Assembly (NCBI RefSeq): GCF_009914755.1
Contig: NC_060938.1
DNA length: 64,000 nucleotides
DNA from: the human T2T-CHM13v2.0 reference genome, Homo sapiens
Reading direction: 5' to 3' (one strand)
In this document: piece by piece, positions 47,801 to 60,600 of the stretch
Numbering within the stretch: position 1 is the stretch's first letter
How the letters are laid out: the number at the start of each line of letters is the position of its first letter
Notes under the pieces: generated by a model
Database searches by the model: none
What the model was told of the DNA's origin: nothing
The model's input: only the letters and a program-made list of their open reading frames with translations
Made by a program: the position numbers and the translations under genes

Positions 47801-50800
47801 CAAAGAAGATTCTGAGATTGCTTCTGTCTAGTTTTTATGGGAAGATATTTCCCTTTTCACCGTAGGTGTCAAGGCGCTCCAAATGTCCACTTCCAGATAC
47901 TACAAAAAGAGTGTTTCAAACCTACTCTGTGAAAGGGAATATTCAACTCTGTGACTTGAATGCACATATCACAAGGAAGTTTCTGAGAATGCTTCTGTCG
48001 AGATTTTATATGAAGATATTCCCGTTTCCAACGAAATCCTGAAATGTATCCAAATATCCCCTCGCAGATTCTACAAAAAGAGTGTTTCAAAACTGCTCTG
48101 TAAAAAGAAAGGTTCAACTCTGTTAGTTGAGTACACACATCACAAACAAGTTTCACAGAATGCTTCTTTCTAGCTTGTAGGGGAAGATATTCCCTTTATC
48201 ACCATGGGCCTCCAACCGTCCGAAACATCCACTTCCATATACTACAAAAAGAGCGTTTCAAACCTGCTCTATGAAAGGCAATGTTCAACTCTGTGACTTG
48301 AATGCAGACATCACAGAGCAGTTTCTGAGAATGCTTCTGTCTAGATTTTATAGGAAGATATTCCCGTTTCCAACGAAATCTTCACAGCTATCCAAATATC
48401 CACTTGCAGATTCTACAAAAAGAGTGTATCAAATCTGCTCTGTCAAAAGGAAGGTTCTTCTCTGTTAGGTGAGTGCATACGTCATAAAGGAGTTTCTGAG
48501 AATGTTTCTGTCTAGTGGTTATGGGAAGATATTTGCTTTTTCCCCGTAGGCCTCAGAGCGCTCCAAATATCCACTTGCACATACTACAAAAACAGTGCTT
48601 CAAAGCTGTTCTCTGAAACGGAATGTTCAACTCTATGAGTTGAATGCAAACATCACAAAGACGTTTCTGAGAATGCTTCTGTCTAGATTTGATATGAAGA
48701 TATTCCCGTTTCCAACGAAATCTTCAAATCTATCCAAATGTCCACTTGCAGATTCAACAAAAAGTGTTTTTCAGAACTGCTCTATCAAAAGAAAGATCCA
48801 CCTCTGTTAGCTGAGTTCACACATCACAAACAAGTTTATGAGAATGCTTCTGTCTAGTTTTTATTTGAAGATATTTCCTTTCTCACCATAGAGCTGAAAG
48901 CTGTCCTAATGTTCACTTCCAGATACTACAGAAAGAGTGTTTCAAAACTGCTGTACGAAAGGGAATGTTCAACTCTGTGACTTGAATGCACACATCACAA
49001 AGAAGTTTCTGAGGATGCTGCTGTCTACTTTTTATACGTAATCCCGTTTCCAACGAAATCCTCCAAGCTATCCAAATATCCACTTGCAGATTCCACAGAA
49101 AGACTGTTTCAAAACTGCTCTGTCAATAGAAAGGTTCAACTCTGTTAGCTGCGTGCATATATCCCAAAGAAGATTCTGAGATTGCTTCTGTCTAGTTTTT
49201 ATGGGAAGATATTTCCCTTTTCACCGTAGGTGTCAAGGCGCTCCAAATGTCCACTTCCAGATACTACAAAAAGAGTGTTTCAAACCTACTCTGTGAAAGG
49301 GAATATTCAACTCTGTGACTTGAATGCACATATCACAAAGAAGTTTCTGAGAATGCTTCTGTCGAGATTTTATATGAAGATATTCCCGTTTCCAACGAAA
49401 TCCTGAAATGTATCCAAATATCCCCTCGCAGATTCTACAAAAAGAGTGTTTCAAAACTGCTCTGTAAAAAGAAAGGTTCAACTCTGTTAGTTGAGTACAC
49501 ACATCACAAACAAGTTTCACAGAATGCTTCTTTCTAGCTTGTAGGGGAAGATATTCCCTTTATCATCATGGGCCTCAAACCGTCTGAAACGTCCACTTCC
49601 ATATACTACAAAAAGAGCATTTCAAACCTGCTCTATGAAAGGCAATGTTCTACTCTGTGACTTGAATGCAGACATCACAGAGCAGTTTCTGAGAATGCTT
49701 CTGTCTAGATTTTATAGGAAGATATTCCCGTTTCCAACGAAATCTTCACAGCTATCCAAATATCCACTTGCAGATTCTACAAAAAGAGTGTATCAAAACT
49801 GCTCTGTCAAAAGGAAGGTTCTTCTCTGTTAGGTGAGTGCATACGTCATAAAGGAGTTTCTGAGAATGTTTCTGTCTAGTGGTTATGGGAAGATATTTGC
49901 TTTTTCCCCGTAGGCCTCAGGGCGCTCCAAATGTCCACTTGCACATGCTACAAAAAGAGTGCTTCAAAGCTGCTCTCTGAAAGGGAATGTTCAACTCTAT
50001 GAGTTGAATGCAAACATCACAAAGACGTTTCTGAGAATGCTTCTGTCTAGATTTGATATGAAGATATTCCCGTTTCCAAAGAAGTCTTCAAATCTATCCA
50101 AATGTCCACTTGCAGATTCAACCAAAAGTGTTTTTCAGAACTGCTCTATCAAAAGAAAGATCCACCTCTGTTAGCTGAGTTCAGACATCACAAACAAGTT
50201 TATGAGAATGCTTCTGTCTAGTTTTTATTTGAAGATATTTCCTTTCTCACCATAGACCTGAAAGCTGTCCTAATGTTCACTTCCAGATACTACAGAAAGA
50301 GTGTTTCAAAACTGCTGTACGAAAGGGAATGTTCAACTCTGTGACTTGAATGCACACATCACAAAGAAGTTTCTGAGGATGCTGCTGTCTACTTTTTATA
50401 CTTAATCCCGTTTCCAATGAAATCCTCCAAGCTATCCAAATATCCACTTGCAGATTCCACAGAAAGACTGTTTCAAAACTGCTCTGTCAATAGAAAGGTT
50501 CAACTCTGTTAGCTGCGTGCATATATCCCAAAGAAGATTCTGAGATTGCTTCTGTCTAGTTTTTATGGGAAGATATTTCCCTTTTCACCGTAGGTGTCAA
50601 GGCGCTCCAAATGTCCACTTCCAGATACTACAAAAAGAGTGTTTCAAACCTACTCTGTGAAAGGGAATATTCAACTCTGTGACTTGAATGCACATATCAC
50701 AAGGAAGTTTCTGAGAATGCTTCTGTCGAGATTTTATATGAAGATATTCCCGTTTCCAACGAAATCCTGAAATGTATCCAAATATCCCCTCGCAGATTCT

Positions 50801-52399
50801 ACAAAAAGAGTGTTTCAAAACTGCTCTGTAAAAAGAAAGGTTCAACTCTGTTAGTTGAGTACACACATCACAAACAAGTTTCACAGAATGCTTCTTTCTA
50901 GCTTGTAGGGGAAGATATTCCCTTTATCACCATGGGCCTCCAACCGTCCGAAAAGTCCACTTCCATATACTACAAAAAGAGCGTTTCAAACCTGCTCTAT
51001 GAAAGGCAATGTTCAACTCTGTGACTTGAATGCAGACATCACAGAGCAGTTTCTGAGAATGCTTCTGTCTAGATTTTATAGGAAGATATTCCCGTTTCCA
51101 ACGAAATCTTCACAGCTATCCAAATATCCACTTGCAGATTCTACAAAAAGAGTGTATCAAAACTGCTCTGTCAAAAGGAAGGTTCTTTTCTGTTAGGTGA
51201 GTGCATACGTCATAAAGGAGTTTCTGAGAATGTTTCTGTCTAGTGGTTATGGGAAGATATTTGCTTTTTCACCGTAGGCCTCAGAGCGCTCCAAATATCC
51301 ACTTGCACATACTACAAAAAGAGTGCCTCAAACTGCTCTCTGAAACGGAATGTTCAACTCTATGAGTTGAATGCAAACATCGCAAAGACGTTTCTGAGAA
51401 TGCTTCTGTCTAGATTTGATATGAAGATATTCCCGTTTCCAACGAAATCTTCAAATCTATCCAAATGTCCACTTGCAGATTCAACAAAAAGTGTTTTTCA
51501 AAACTGCTCTATCAAAAGAAAGATCCACCTCTGTTAGCTGAGTTCACACATCACAAACAAGTTTATGAGAATGCTTCTGTCTAGTTTTTATTTGAAGATA
51601 TTTCCTTTCTCACCATAGAGCTGAAAGCTGTCCTAATGTTCACTTCCAGATACTACAGAAAGAGTGTTTCAAAACTGCTGTACGAAAGGGAATGTTCAAC
51701 TCTGTGACTTGAATGCACACATCACAAAGAAGTTTCTGAGGATGCTGCTGTCTACTTTTTATACGTAATCCCGTTTCCAACGAAATCCTCCAAGCTATCC
51801 AAATATCCACTTGCAGATTCCACAGAAAGACTGTTTCAAAACTGCTCTGTCAATAGAAAGGTTCAACTCTGTTAGCTGCGTGCATATATCCCAAAGAAGA
51901 TTCTCAGATTGCTTCTGTCTAGTTTTTATGGGAAGATATTTCCCTTTTCACCGTAGGTGTCAAGGCGCTCCAAATGTCCACTTCCAGATACTACAAAAAG
52001 AGTGTTTCAAACCTACTCTGTGAAAGGGAATATTCAACTCTGTGACTTGAATGCACATATCACAAAGAAGTTTCTGAGAATGCTTCTGTCGAGATTTTAT
52101 ATGAAGATATTCCCGTTTCCAACGAAATCGTGAAATGTATCCAAATATCCCCTCGCAGATTCTACAAAAAGAGTGTTTCAAAACTGCTCTGTGAAAAGAA
52201 AGGTTCAACTCTGTTAGTTGAGTACACACATCACAAACAAGTTTCACAGAATGCTTCTTTCTAGCTTGTAGGGGTAGATATTCCCTTTATCACCATGGGC
52301 CTCCAACCGTCCGAAACATCCACTTCCATATACTACAAAAAGAGCGTTTCAAACCTGCTCTATGAAAGGCAATGTTCAACTCTGTGACTTGAATGCAGA

Positions 52400-55300
52400 C
52401 ATCACAGAGCAGTTTCTGAGAATGCTTCTGTCTAGATTTTATAGGAAGATATTCCCGTTTCCAACGAAATCTTCACAGCTATCCAAATATCCACTTGCAG
52501 ATTCTACAAAAAGAGTGTATCAAAACTGCTCTGTCAAAAGGAAGGTTCTTTTCTGTTAGGTGAGTGCATACGTCATAAAGGAGTTTCTGAGAATGTTTCT
52601 GTCTAGTGGTTATGGGAAGATATTTGCTTTTTCACCGTAGGCCTCAGAGCGCTCAAAGTATCCACTTGCACATACTACAAAAAGAGTGCCTCAAAGCTGC
52701 TCTCTGAAACGGAATGTTCAACTCTATGAGTTGAATGCAAACATCGCAAAGACGTTTCTGAGAATGCTTCTGTCTAGATTTGATATGAAGATATTCCCGT
52801 TTCCAACGAAATCTTCAAATCTATCCAAATGTCCACTTGCAGATTCAACAAAAAGTGTTTTTCAGAACTGCTCTATCAAAAGAAAGATCCACCTCTGTTA
52901 GCTGAGTTCAGACATCACAAACAAGTTTATGAGAATGCTTCTGTCTAGTTTTTATTTGAAGATATTTCCTTTCTCACCATAGACCTGAAAGCTGTCCTAA
53001 TGTTCACTTCCAGTTACTACAGAAAGAGTGTTTCAAAACTGCTGTACGAAAGGGAATGTTCAACTCTGTGACTTGAATGCACACATCACAAAGAAGTTTC
53101 TGAGGATGCTGCTGTCTACTTTTTATACTTAATCCCGTTTCCAACGAAATCCTCCAAGCTATCCAAATATCCACTTGCAGATTCCACAGAAAGACTGTTT
53201 CAAAACTGCTCTGCCAATAGAAAGGTTCAACTCTGTTAGCTGCGTGCATATATCCCAAAGAAGATTCTGAGATTGCTTCTGTCTAGTTTTTATGGGAAGA
53301 TATTTCCCTTTTCACCGTAGGCGTCAAGGCGCTCCAAATGTCCACTTCCAGATACTACAAAAAGAGTGTTTCAAACCTACTCTGTGAAAGGGAATATTCA
53401 ACTCTGTGACTTGAATGCACATATCACAAGGAAGTTTCTGAGAATGCTTCTGTCGAGATTTTATATGAAGATATTCCCGTTTCCAACGAAATCCTGAAAT
53501 GTATCCAAATATACCCTCGCAGATTCTACAAAAAGAGTGTTTCAAAACTGCTCTGTAAAAAGAAAGGTTCAACTCTGTTAGTTGAGTACACACATCACAA
53601 ACAAGTTTCACAGAATGCTTCTTTCTAGCTTGTAGGGGAAGATTCCCCTTTATCAACATGGTCCTCAAACCGTCCGAAATGTCCACTTCCATATACTACA
53701 AAAAGAGCGTTTCAAACCTGCTGTATGAAAGGCAATGTTCAACTCTGTGACTTGAATGCAGACATCACAGAGCAGTTTCTGAGAATGCTTCTGTCTAGAT
53801 TTTATAGGAAGATATTCCCGTTTCCAACGAAATCTTCACAGCTATCCAAATAACCACTTGCAGATTCTACAAAAAGAGTGTATCAAACCTGCTCTGTCAA
53901 AAGGAAGGTTCTTTTCTGTTAGGTGAGTGCATACGTCATAAAGGAGTTTCTGAGAATGTTTCTGTCTAGTGGTTATGGGAAGATATTTGCTTTTTCACCG
54001 TAGGCCTCAGAGCGCTCCAAATATCCACTTGCACATACTACAAAAAGAGTGCCTCAAACTGCTCTCTGAAACGGAATGTTCAACTCTATGAGTTGAATGC
54101 AAACATCGCAAAGACGTTTCTGAGAATGCTTCTGTCTAGATTTGATATGAAGATATTCCCGTTTCCAACGAAATCTTCAAATCTATCCAAATGTCCACTT
54201 GCAGATTCAACAAAAAGTGTTTTTCAGAACTGCTCTACCAAAAGAAAGATCCACCTCTGTTAGCTGAGTTCACACATCACAAACAAGTTTATGAGAATGC
54301 TTCTGTCTAGTTTTTATTTGAAGATATTTCCTTTCTCACCATAGAGCTGAAAGCTGTCCTAATGTTCACTTCCAGATACTACAGAAAGAGTGTTTCAAAA
54401 CTGCTGTACGAAAGGGAATGCTCAACTCTGTGACTTGAATGCACACATCACAAAGAAGTTTCTGAGGATGCTGCTGGCTACTTTTTATACGTAATCCCGT
54501 TTCCAACGAAATCCTCCAAGCTATCGAAATATCCACTTGCAGATTCCACAGAAAGACTGTTTCAAAACTGCTCTGTCAATAGAAAGGTTCAACTCTGTTA
54601 GCTGCGTGCATATATCCCAAAGAAGATTCTGAGATTGCTTCTGTCTAGTTTTTATGGGAAGATATTTCCCTTTTCACCGTAGGTGTCAAGGCGCTCCAAA
54701 TGGCCACTTCCAGATACTACAAAAAGAGTGTTTCAAACCTACTCTGTGAAAGGGAATATTCAACTCTGTGACTTGAATGCACATATCACAAAGAAGTTTC
54801 TGAGAATGCTTCTGTCGAGATTTTATATGAAGATATTCCCGTTTCCAACGAAATCCTGAAATGTATCCAAATATCCCCTCGCAGATTCTACAAAAAGAGT
54901 GTTTCAAAACTGCTCTGTGAAAAGAAAGGTTCAACTCTGTTAGTTGAGTACACACATCACAAACAAGTTTCACAGAATGCTTCTTTCTAGCTTGTAGGGG
55001 AAGATATTCCCTTTATCACCATGGGCCTCCAACCGTCCGAAACATCCACTTCCATATACTACAAAAAGAGCGTTTCAAACCTGCTCTATGAAAGGCAATG
55101 TTCAACTCTGTGACTTGAATGCAGACATCACAGAGCAGTTTCTGAGAATGCTTCTGTCTAGATTTTATAGGAAGATATTCCCGTTTCCAACGAAATCTTC
55201 ACAGCTATCCAAATATCCACTTGCAGATTCTACAAAAAGAGTGTATCAAAACTGCTCTGTCAAAAGGAAGGTTCTTTTCTGTTAGGTGAGTGCATACGTC

Positions 55301-58300
55301 ATAAAGGAGTTTCTGAGAATGTTTCTGTCTAGTGGTTATGGGAAGATATTTGCATTTTCACCGTAGGCCTCAGAGCGCTCCAAATATCCACTTGCACATA
55401 CTACAAAAAGAGTGCCTCAAAGCTGCTCTCTGAAACGGAATGTTCAACTCTATGAGTTGAATGCAAACATCGCAAAGACGTTTCTGAGAATGCTTCTGTC
55501 TAGATTTGATATAAAGATATTCCCGTTTCCAACGAAATCTTCAAATCTATCCAAATGTCCACTTGCAGATTCAACAAAAAGTGTTTTTCAGAACTGCTCT
55601 ATCAAAAGAAAGATCCACCTCTGTTAGCTGAGTTCAGACATCACAAACAAGTTTATGAGAATGCTTCTGTCTAGTTTTTATTTGAAGATATTTCCTTTCT
55701 CACCATAGACCTGAATGCTGTCCTAATGTTCACTTCCAGTTACTACAGAGTGTTTCAAAACTGCTGTACGAAAGGGAATGTTCAACTCTGTGACTTGAAT
55801 GCACACATCACAAAGAAGTTTCTGAGGATGCTGCTGTCTACTTTTTATACTTAATCCCGTTTCCAACGAAATCCTCCAAGCTATCCAAATATCCACTTGC
55901 AGATTCCACAGAAAGACTGTTTCAAAACTGCTCTGCCAATAGAAAGGTTCAACTCTGTTAGCTGCATGCATATATCCCAAAGAAGATTCTGAGATTGCTT
56001 CTGTCTAGTTTTTATGGGAAGATATTTCCCTTTTCACCGTAGGCGTCAAGGCGCTCCAAATGTCCACTTCCAGATACTACAAAAAGAGTGTTTCAAACCT
56101 ACTCTGTGAAAGGGAATATTCAACTCTGTGACTTGAATGCACATATCACAAGGAAGTTTCTGAGAATGCTTCTGTCGAGATTTTATATGAAGATATTCCC
56201 GTTTCCAACGAAATCCTGAAATGTATCCAAATATACCCTCGCAGATTCTACAAAAAGAGTGTTTCAAAACTGCTCTGTAAAAAGAAAGGTTCAACTCTGT
56301 TAGTTGAGTACACACATCACAAACAAGTTTCACAGAATGCTTCTTTCTAGCTTGTAGGGGAAGATTCCCCTTTATCACCATGGTCCTCAAACCGTCCGAA
56401 ATGTCCACTTCCATATACTACAAAAAGAGCGTTTCAAACCTGCTGTATGAAAGGCAATGTTCAACTCTGTGACTTGAATGCAGACATCACAGAGCAGTTT
56501 CTGAGAATGCTTCTGTCTAGATTTTATAGGAAGATATTCCCGTTTCCAACGAAATCTTCACAGCTATCCAAATATCCACTTGCAGATTCTACAAAAAGAG
56601 TGTATCAAAACTGCTCTGTCAAAAGGAAGGTTCTTTTCTGTTAGGTGAGTGCATACGTCATAAAGGAGTTTCTGAGAATGTTTCTGTCTAGTGGTTATGG
56701 GAAGATATTTGCTTTTTCACCGTAGGCCTCAGAGCGCTCAAAGTATCCACTTGCACATACTACAAAAAGAGTGCCTCAAAGCTGCTCTCTGAAACGGAAT
56801 GTTCAACTCTATGAGTTGAATGCAAACATCGCAAAGACGTTTCTGAGAATGCTTCTGTCTAGATTTGATATGAAGATATTCCCGTTTCCAACGAAATCTT
56901 CAAATCTATCCAAATGTCCACTTGCAGATTCAACAAAAAGTGTTTTTCAGAACTGCTCTATCAAAAGAAAGATCCACCTCTGTTAGCTGAGTTCAGACAT
57001 CACAAACAAGTTTATGAGAATGCTTCTGTCTAGTTTTTATTTGAAGATATTTCCTTTCTCACCATAGACCTGAAAGCTGTCCTAATGTTCACTTCCAGTT
57101 ACTACAGAAAGAGTGTTTCAAAACTGCTGTACGAAAGGGAATGTTCAACTCTGTGACTTGAATGCACACATCACAAAGAAGTTTCTGAGGATGCTGCTGT
57201 CTACTTTTTATACTTAATCCCGTTTCCAACGAAATCCTCCAAGCTATCCAAATATCCACTTGCAGATTCCACAGAAAGACTGTTTCAAAACTGCTCTGCC
57301 AATAGAAAGGTTCAACTCTGTTAGCTGCGTGCATATATCCCAAAGAAGATTCTGAGATTGCTTCTGTCTAGTTTTTATGGGAAGATATTTCCCTTTTCAC
57401 CGTAGGCGTCAAGGCGCTCCAAATGTCCACTTCCAGATACTACAAAAAGAGTGTTTCAAACCTACTCTGTGAAAGGGAATATTCAACTCTGTGACTTGAA
57501 TGCACATATCACAAGGAAGTTTCTGAGAATGCTTCTGTCGAGATTTTATATGAAGATATTCCCGTTTCCAACGAAATCCTGAAATGTATCCAAATATACC
57601 CTCGCAGATTCTACAAAAAGAGTGTTTCAAAACTGCTCTGTAAAAAGAAAGGTTCAACTCTGTTAGTTGAGTACACACATCACAAACAAGTTTCACAGAA
57701 TGCTTCTTTCTAGCTTGTAGGGGAAGATTCCCCTTTATCACCATGGTCCTCAAACCGTCCGAAATGTCCACTTCCATATACTACAAAAAGAGCGTTTCAA
57801 ACCTGCTGTATGAAAGGCAATGTTCAACTCTGTGACTTGAATGCAGACATCACAGAGCAGTTTCTGAGAATGCTTCTGTCTAGATTTTATAGGAAGATAT
57901 TCCCGTTTCCAACGAAATCTTCACAGCTATCCAAATAACCACTTGCAGATTCTACAAAAAGAGTGTATCAAACCTGCTCTGTCAAAAGGAAGGTTCTTTT
58001 CTGTTAGGTGAGTGCATACGTCATAAAGGAGTTTCTGAGAATGTTTCTGTCTAGTGGTTATGGGAAGATATTTGCTTTTTCACCGTAGGCCTCAGAGCGC
58101 TCCAAATATCCACTTGCACATACTACAAAAAGAGTGCCTCAAACTGCTCTCTGAAACGGAATGTTCAACTCTATGAGTTGAATGCAAACATCGCAAAGAC
58201 GTTTCTGAGAATGCTTCTGTCTAGATTTGATATGAAGATATTCCCGTTTCCAACGAAATCTTCAAATCTATCCAAATGTCCACTTGCAGATTCAACAAAA

Positions 58301-60600
58301 AGTGTTTTTCAGAACTGCTCTATCAAAAGAAAGATCCACCTCTGTTAGCTGAGTTCACACATCACAAACAAGTTTATGAGAATGCTTCTGTCTAGTTTTT
58401 ATTTGAAGATATTTCCTTTCTCACCATAGAGCTGAAAGCTGTCCTAATGTTCACTTCCAGATACTACAGAAAGAGTGTTTCAAAACTGCTGTACGAAAGG
58501 GAATGCTCAACTCTGTGACTTGAATGCACACATCACAAAGAAGTTTCTGAGGATGCTGCTGGCTACTTTTTATACGTAATCCCGTTTCCAACGAAATCCT
58601 CCAAGCTATCGAAATATCCACTTGCAGATTCCACAGAAAGACTGTTTCAAAACTGCTCTGTCAATAGAAAGGTTCAACTCTGTTAGCTGCGTGCATATAT
58701 CCCAAAGAAGATTCTGAGATTGCTTCTGTCTAGTTTTTATGGGAAGATATTTCCCTTTTCACCGTAGGTGTCAAGGCGCTCCAAATGGCCACTTCCAGAT
58801 ACTACAAAAAGAGTGTTTCAAACCTACTCTGTGAAAGGGAATATTCAACTCTGTGACTTGAATGCACATATCACAAAGAAGTTTCTGAGAATGCTTCTGT
58901 CGAGATTTTATATGAAGATATTCCCGTTTCCAACGAAATCCTGAAATGTATCCAAATATCCCCTCGCAGATTCTACAAAAAGAGTGTTTCAAAACTGCTC
59001 TGTGAAAAGAAAGGTTCAACTCTGTTAGTTGAGTACACACATCACAAACAAGTTTCACAGAATGCTTCTTTCTAGCTTGTAGGGGAAGATATTCCCTTTA
59101 TCACCATGGGCCTCCAACCGTCCGAAACATCCACTTCCATATACTACAAAAAGAGCGTTTCAAACCTGCTCTATGAAAGGCAATGTTCAACTCTGTGACT
59201 TCAATGCAGACATCACAGAGCAGTTTCTGAGAATGCTTCTGTCTAGATTTTATAGGAAGATATTCCCGTTTCCAACGAAATCTTCACAGCTATCCAAATA
59301 TCCACTTGCAGATTCTACAAAAAGAGTGTATCAAAACTGCTCTGTCAAAAGGAAGGTTCTTTTCTGTTAGGTGAGTGCATACGTCATAAAGGAGTTTCTG
59401 AGAATGTTTCTGTCTAGTGGTTATGGGAAGATATTTGCTTTTTCACCGTAGGCCTCAGAGCGCTCCAAATATCCACTTGCACATACTACAAAAAGAGTGC
59501 CTCAAAGCTGCTCTCTGAAACGGAATGTTCAACTCTATGAGTTGAATGCAAACATCGCAAAGACGTTTCTGAGAATGCTTCTGTCTAGATTTGATATAAA
59601 GATATTCCCGTTTCCAACGAAATCTTCAAATCTATCCAAATGTCCACTTGCAGATTCAACAAAAAGTGTTTTTCAGAACTGCTCTATCAAAAGAAAGATC
59701 CACCTCTGTTAGCTGAGTTCAGACATCACAAACAAGTTTATGAGAATGCTTCTGTCTAGTTTTTATTTGAAGATATTTCCTTTCTCACCATAGACCTGAA
59801 AGCTGTCCTAATGTTCACTTCCAGTTACTACAGAGTGTTTCAAAACTGCTGTACGAAAGGGAATGTTCAACTCTGTGACTTGAATGCACACATCACAAAG
59901 AAGTTTCTGAGGATGCTGCTGTCTACTTTTTATACTTAATCCCGTTTCCAACGAAATCCTCCAAGCTATCCAAATATCCACTTGCAGATTCCACAGAAAG
60001 ACTGTTTCAAAACTGCTCTGCCAATAGAAAGGTTCAACTCTGTTAGCTGCATGCATATATCCCAAAGAAGATTCTGAGATTGCTTCTGTCTAGTTTTTAT
60101 GGGAAGATATTTCCCTTTTCACCGTAGGCGTCAAGGCGCTCCAAATGTCCACTTCCAGATACTACAAAAAGAGTGTTTCAAACCTACTCTGTGAAAGGGA
60201 ATATTCAACTCTGTGACTTGAATGCACATATCACAAGGAAGTTTCTGAGAATGCTTCTGTCGAGATTTTATATGAAGATATTCCCGTTTCCAACGAAATC
60301 CTGAAATGTATCCAAATATACCCTCGCAGATTCTACAAAAAGAGTGTTTCAAAACTGCTCTGTAAAAAGAAAGGTTCAACTCTGTTAGTTGAGTACACAC
60401 ATCACAAACAAGTTTCACAGAATGCTTCTTTCTAGCTTGTAGGGGAAGATTCCCCTTTATCACCATGGTCCTCAAACCGTCCGAAATGTCCACTTCCATA
60501 TACTACAAAAAGAGCGTTTCAAACCTGCTGTATGAAAGGCAATGTTCAACTCTGTGACTTGAATGCAGACATCACAGAGCAGTTTCTGAGAATGCTTCTG
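52400..60600. repeat. Tandem duplication of a 4085-bp three-HOR unit
   Basis: Private markers repeat at offset 4085: GCTCAAAGTATCC, CCAAATAACC, CTATCGAAAT, AAATGGCCAC, GATATAAAG and a 4-bp deletion. ORF pairs agree: 52686/56771, 54686/58771, 55723/59808, 56447/60532. Confidence 0.93.
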
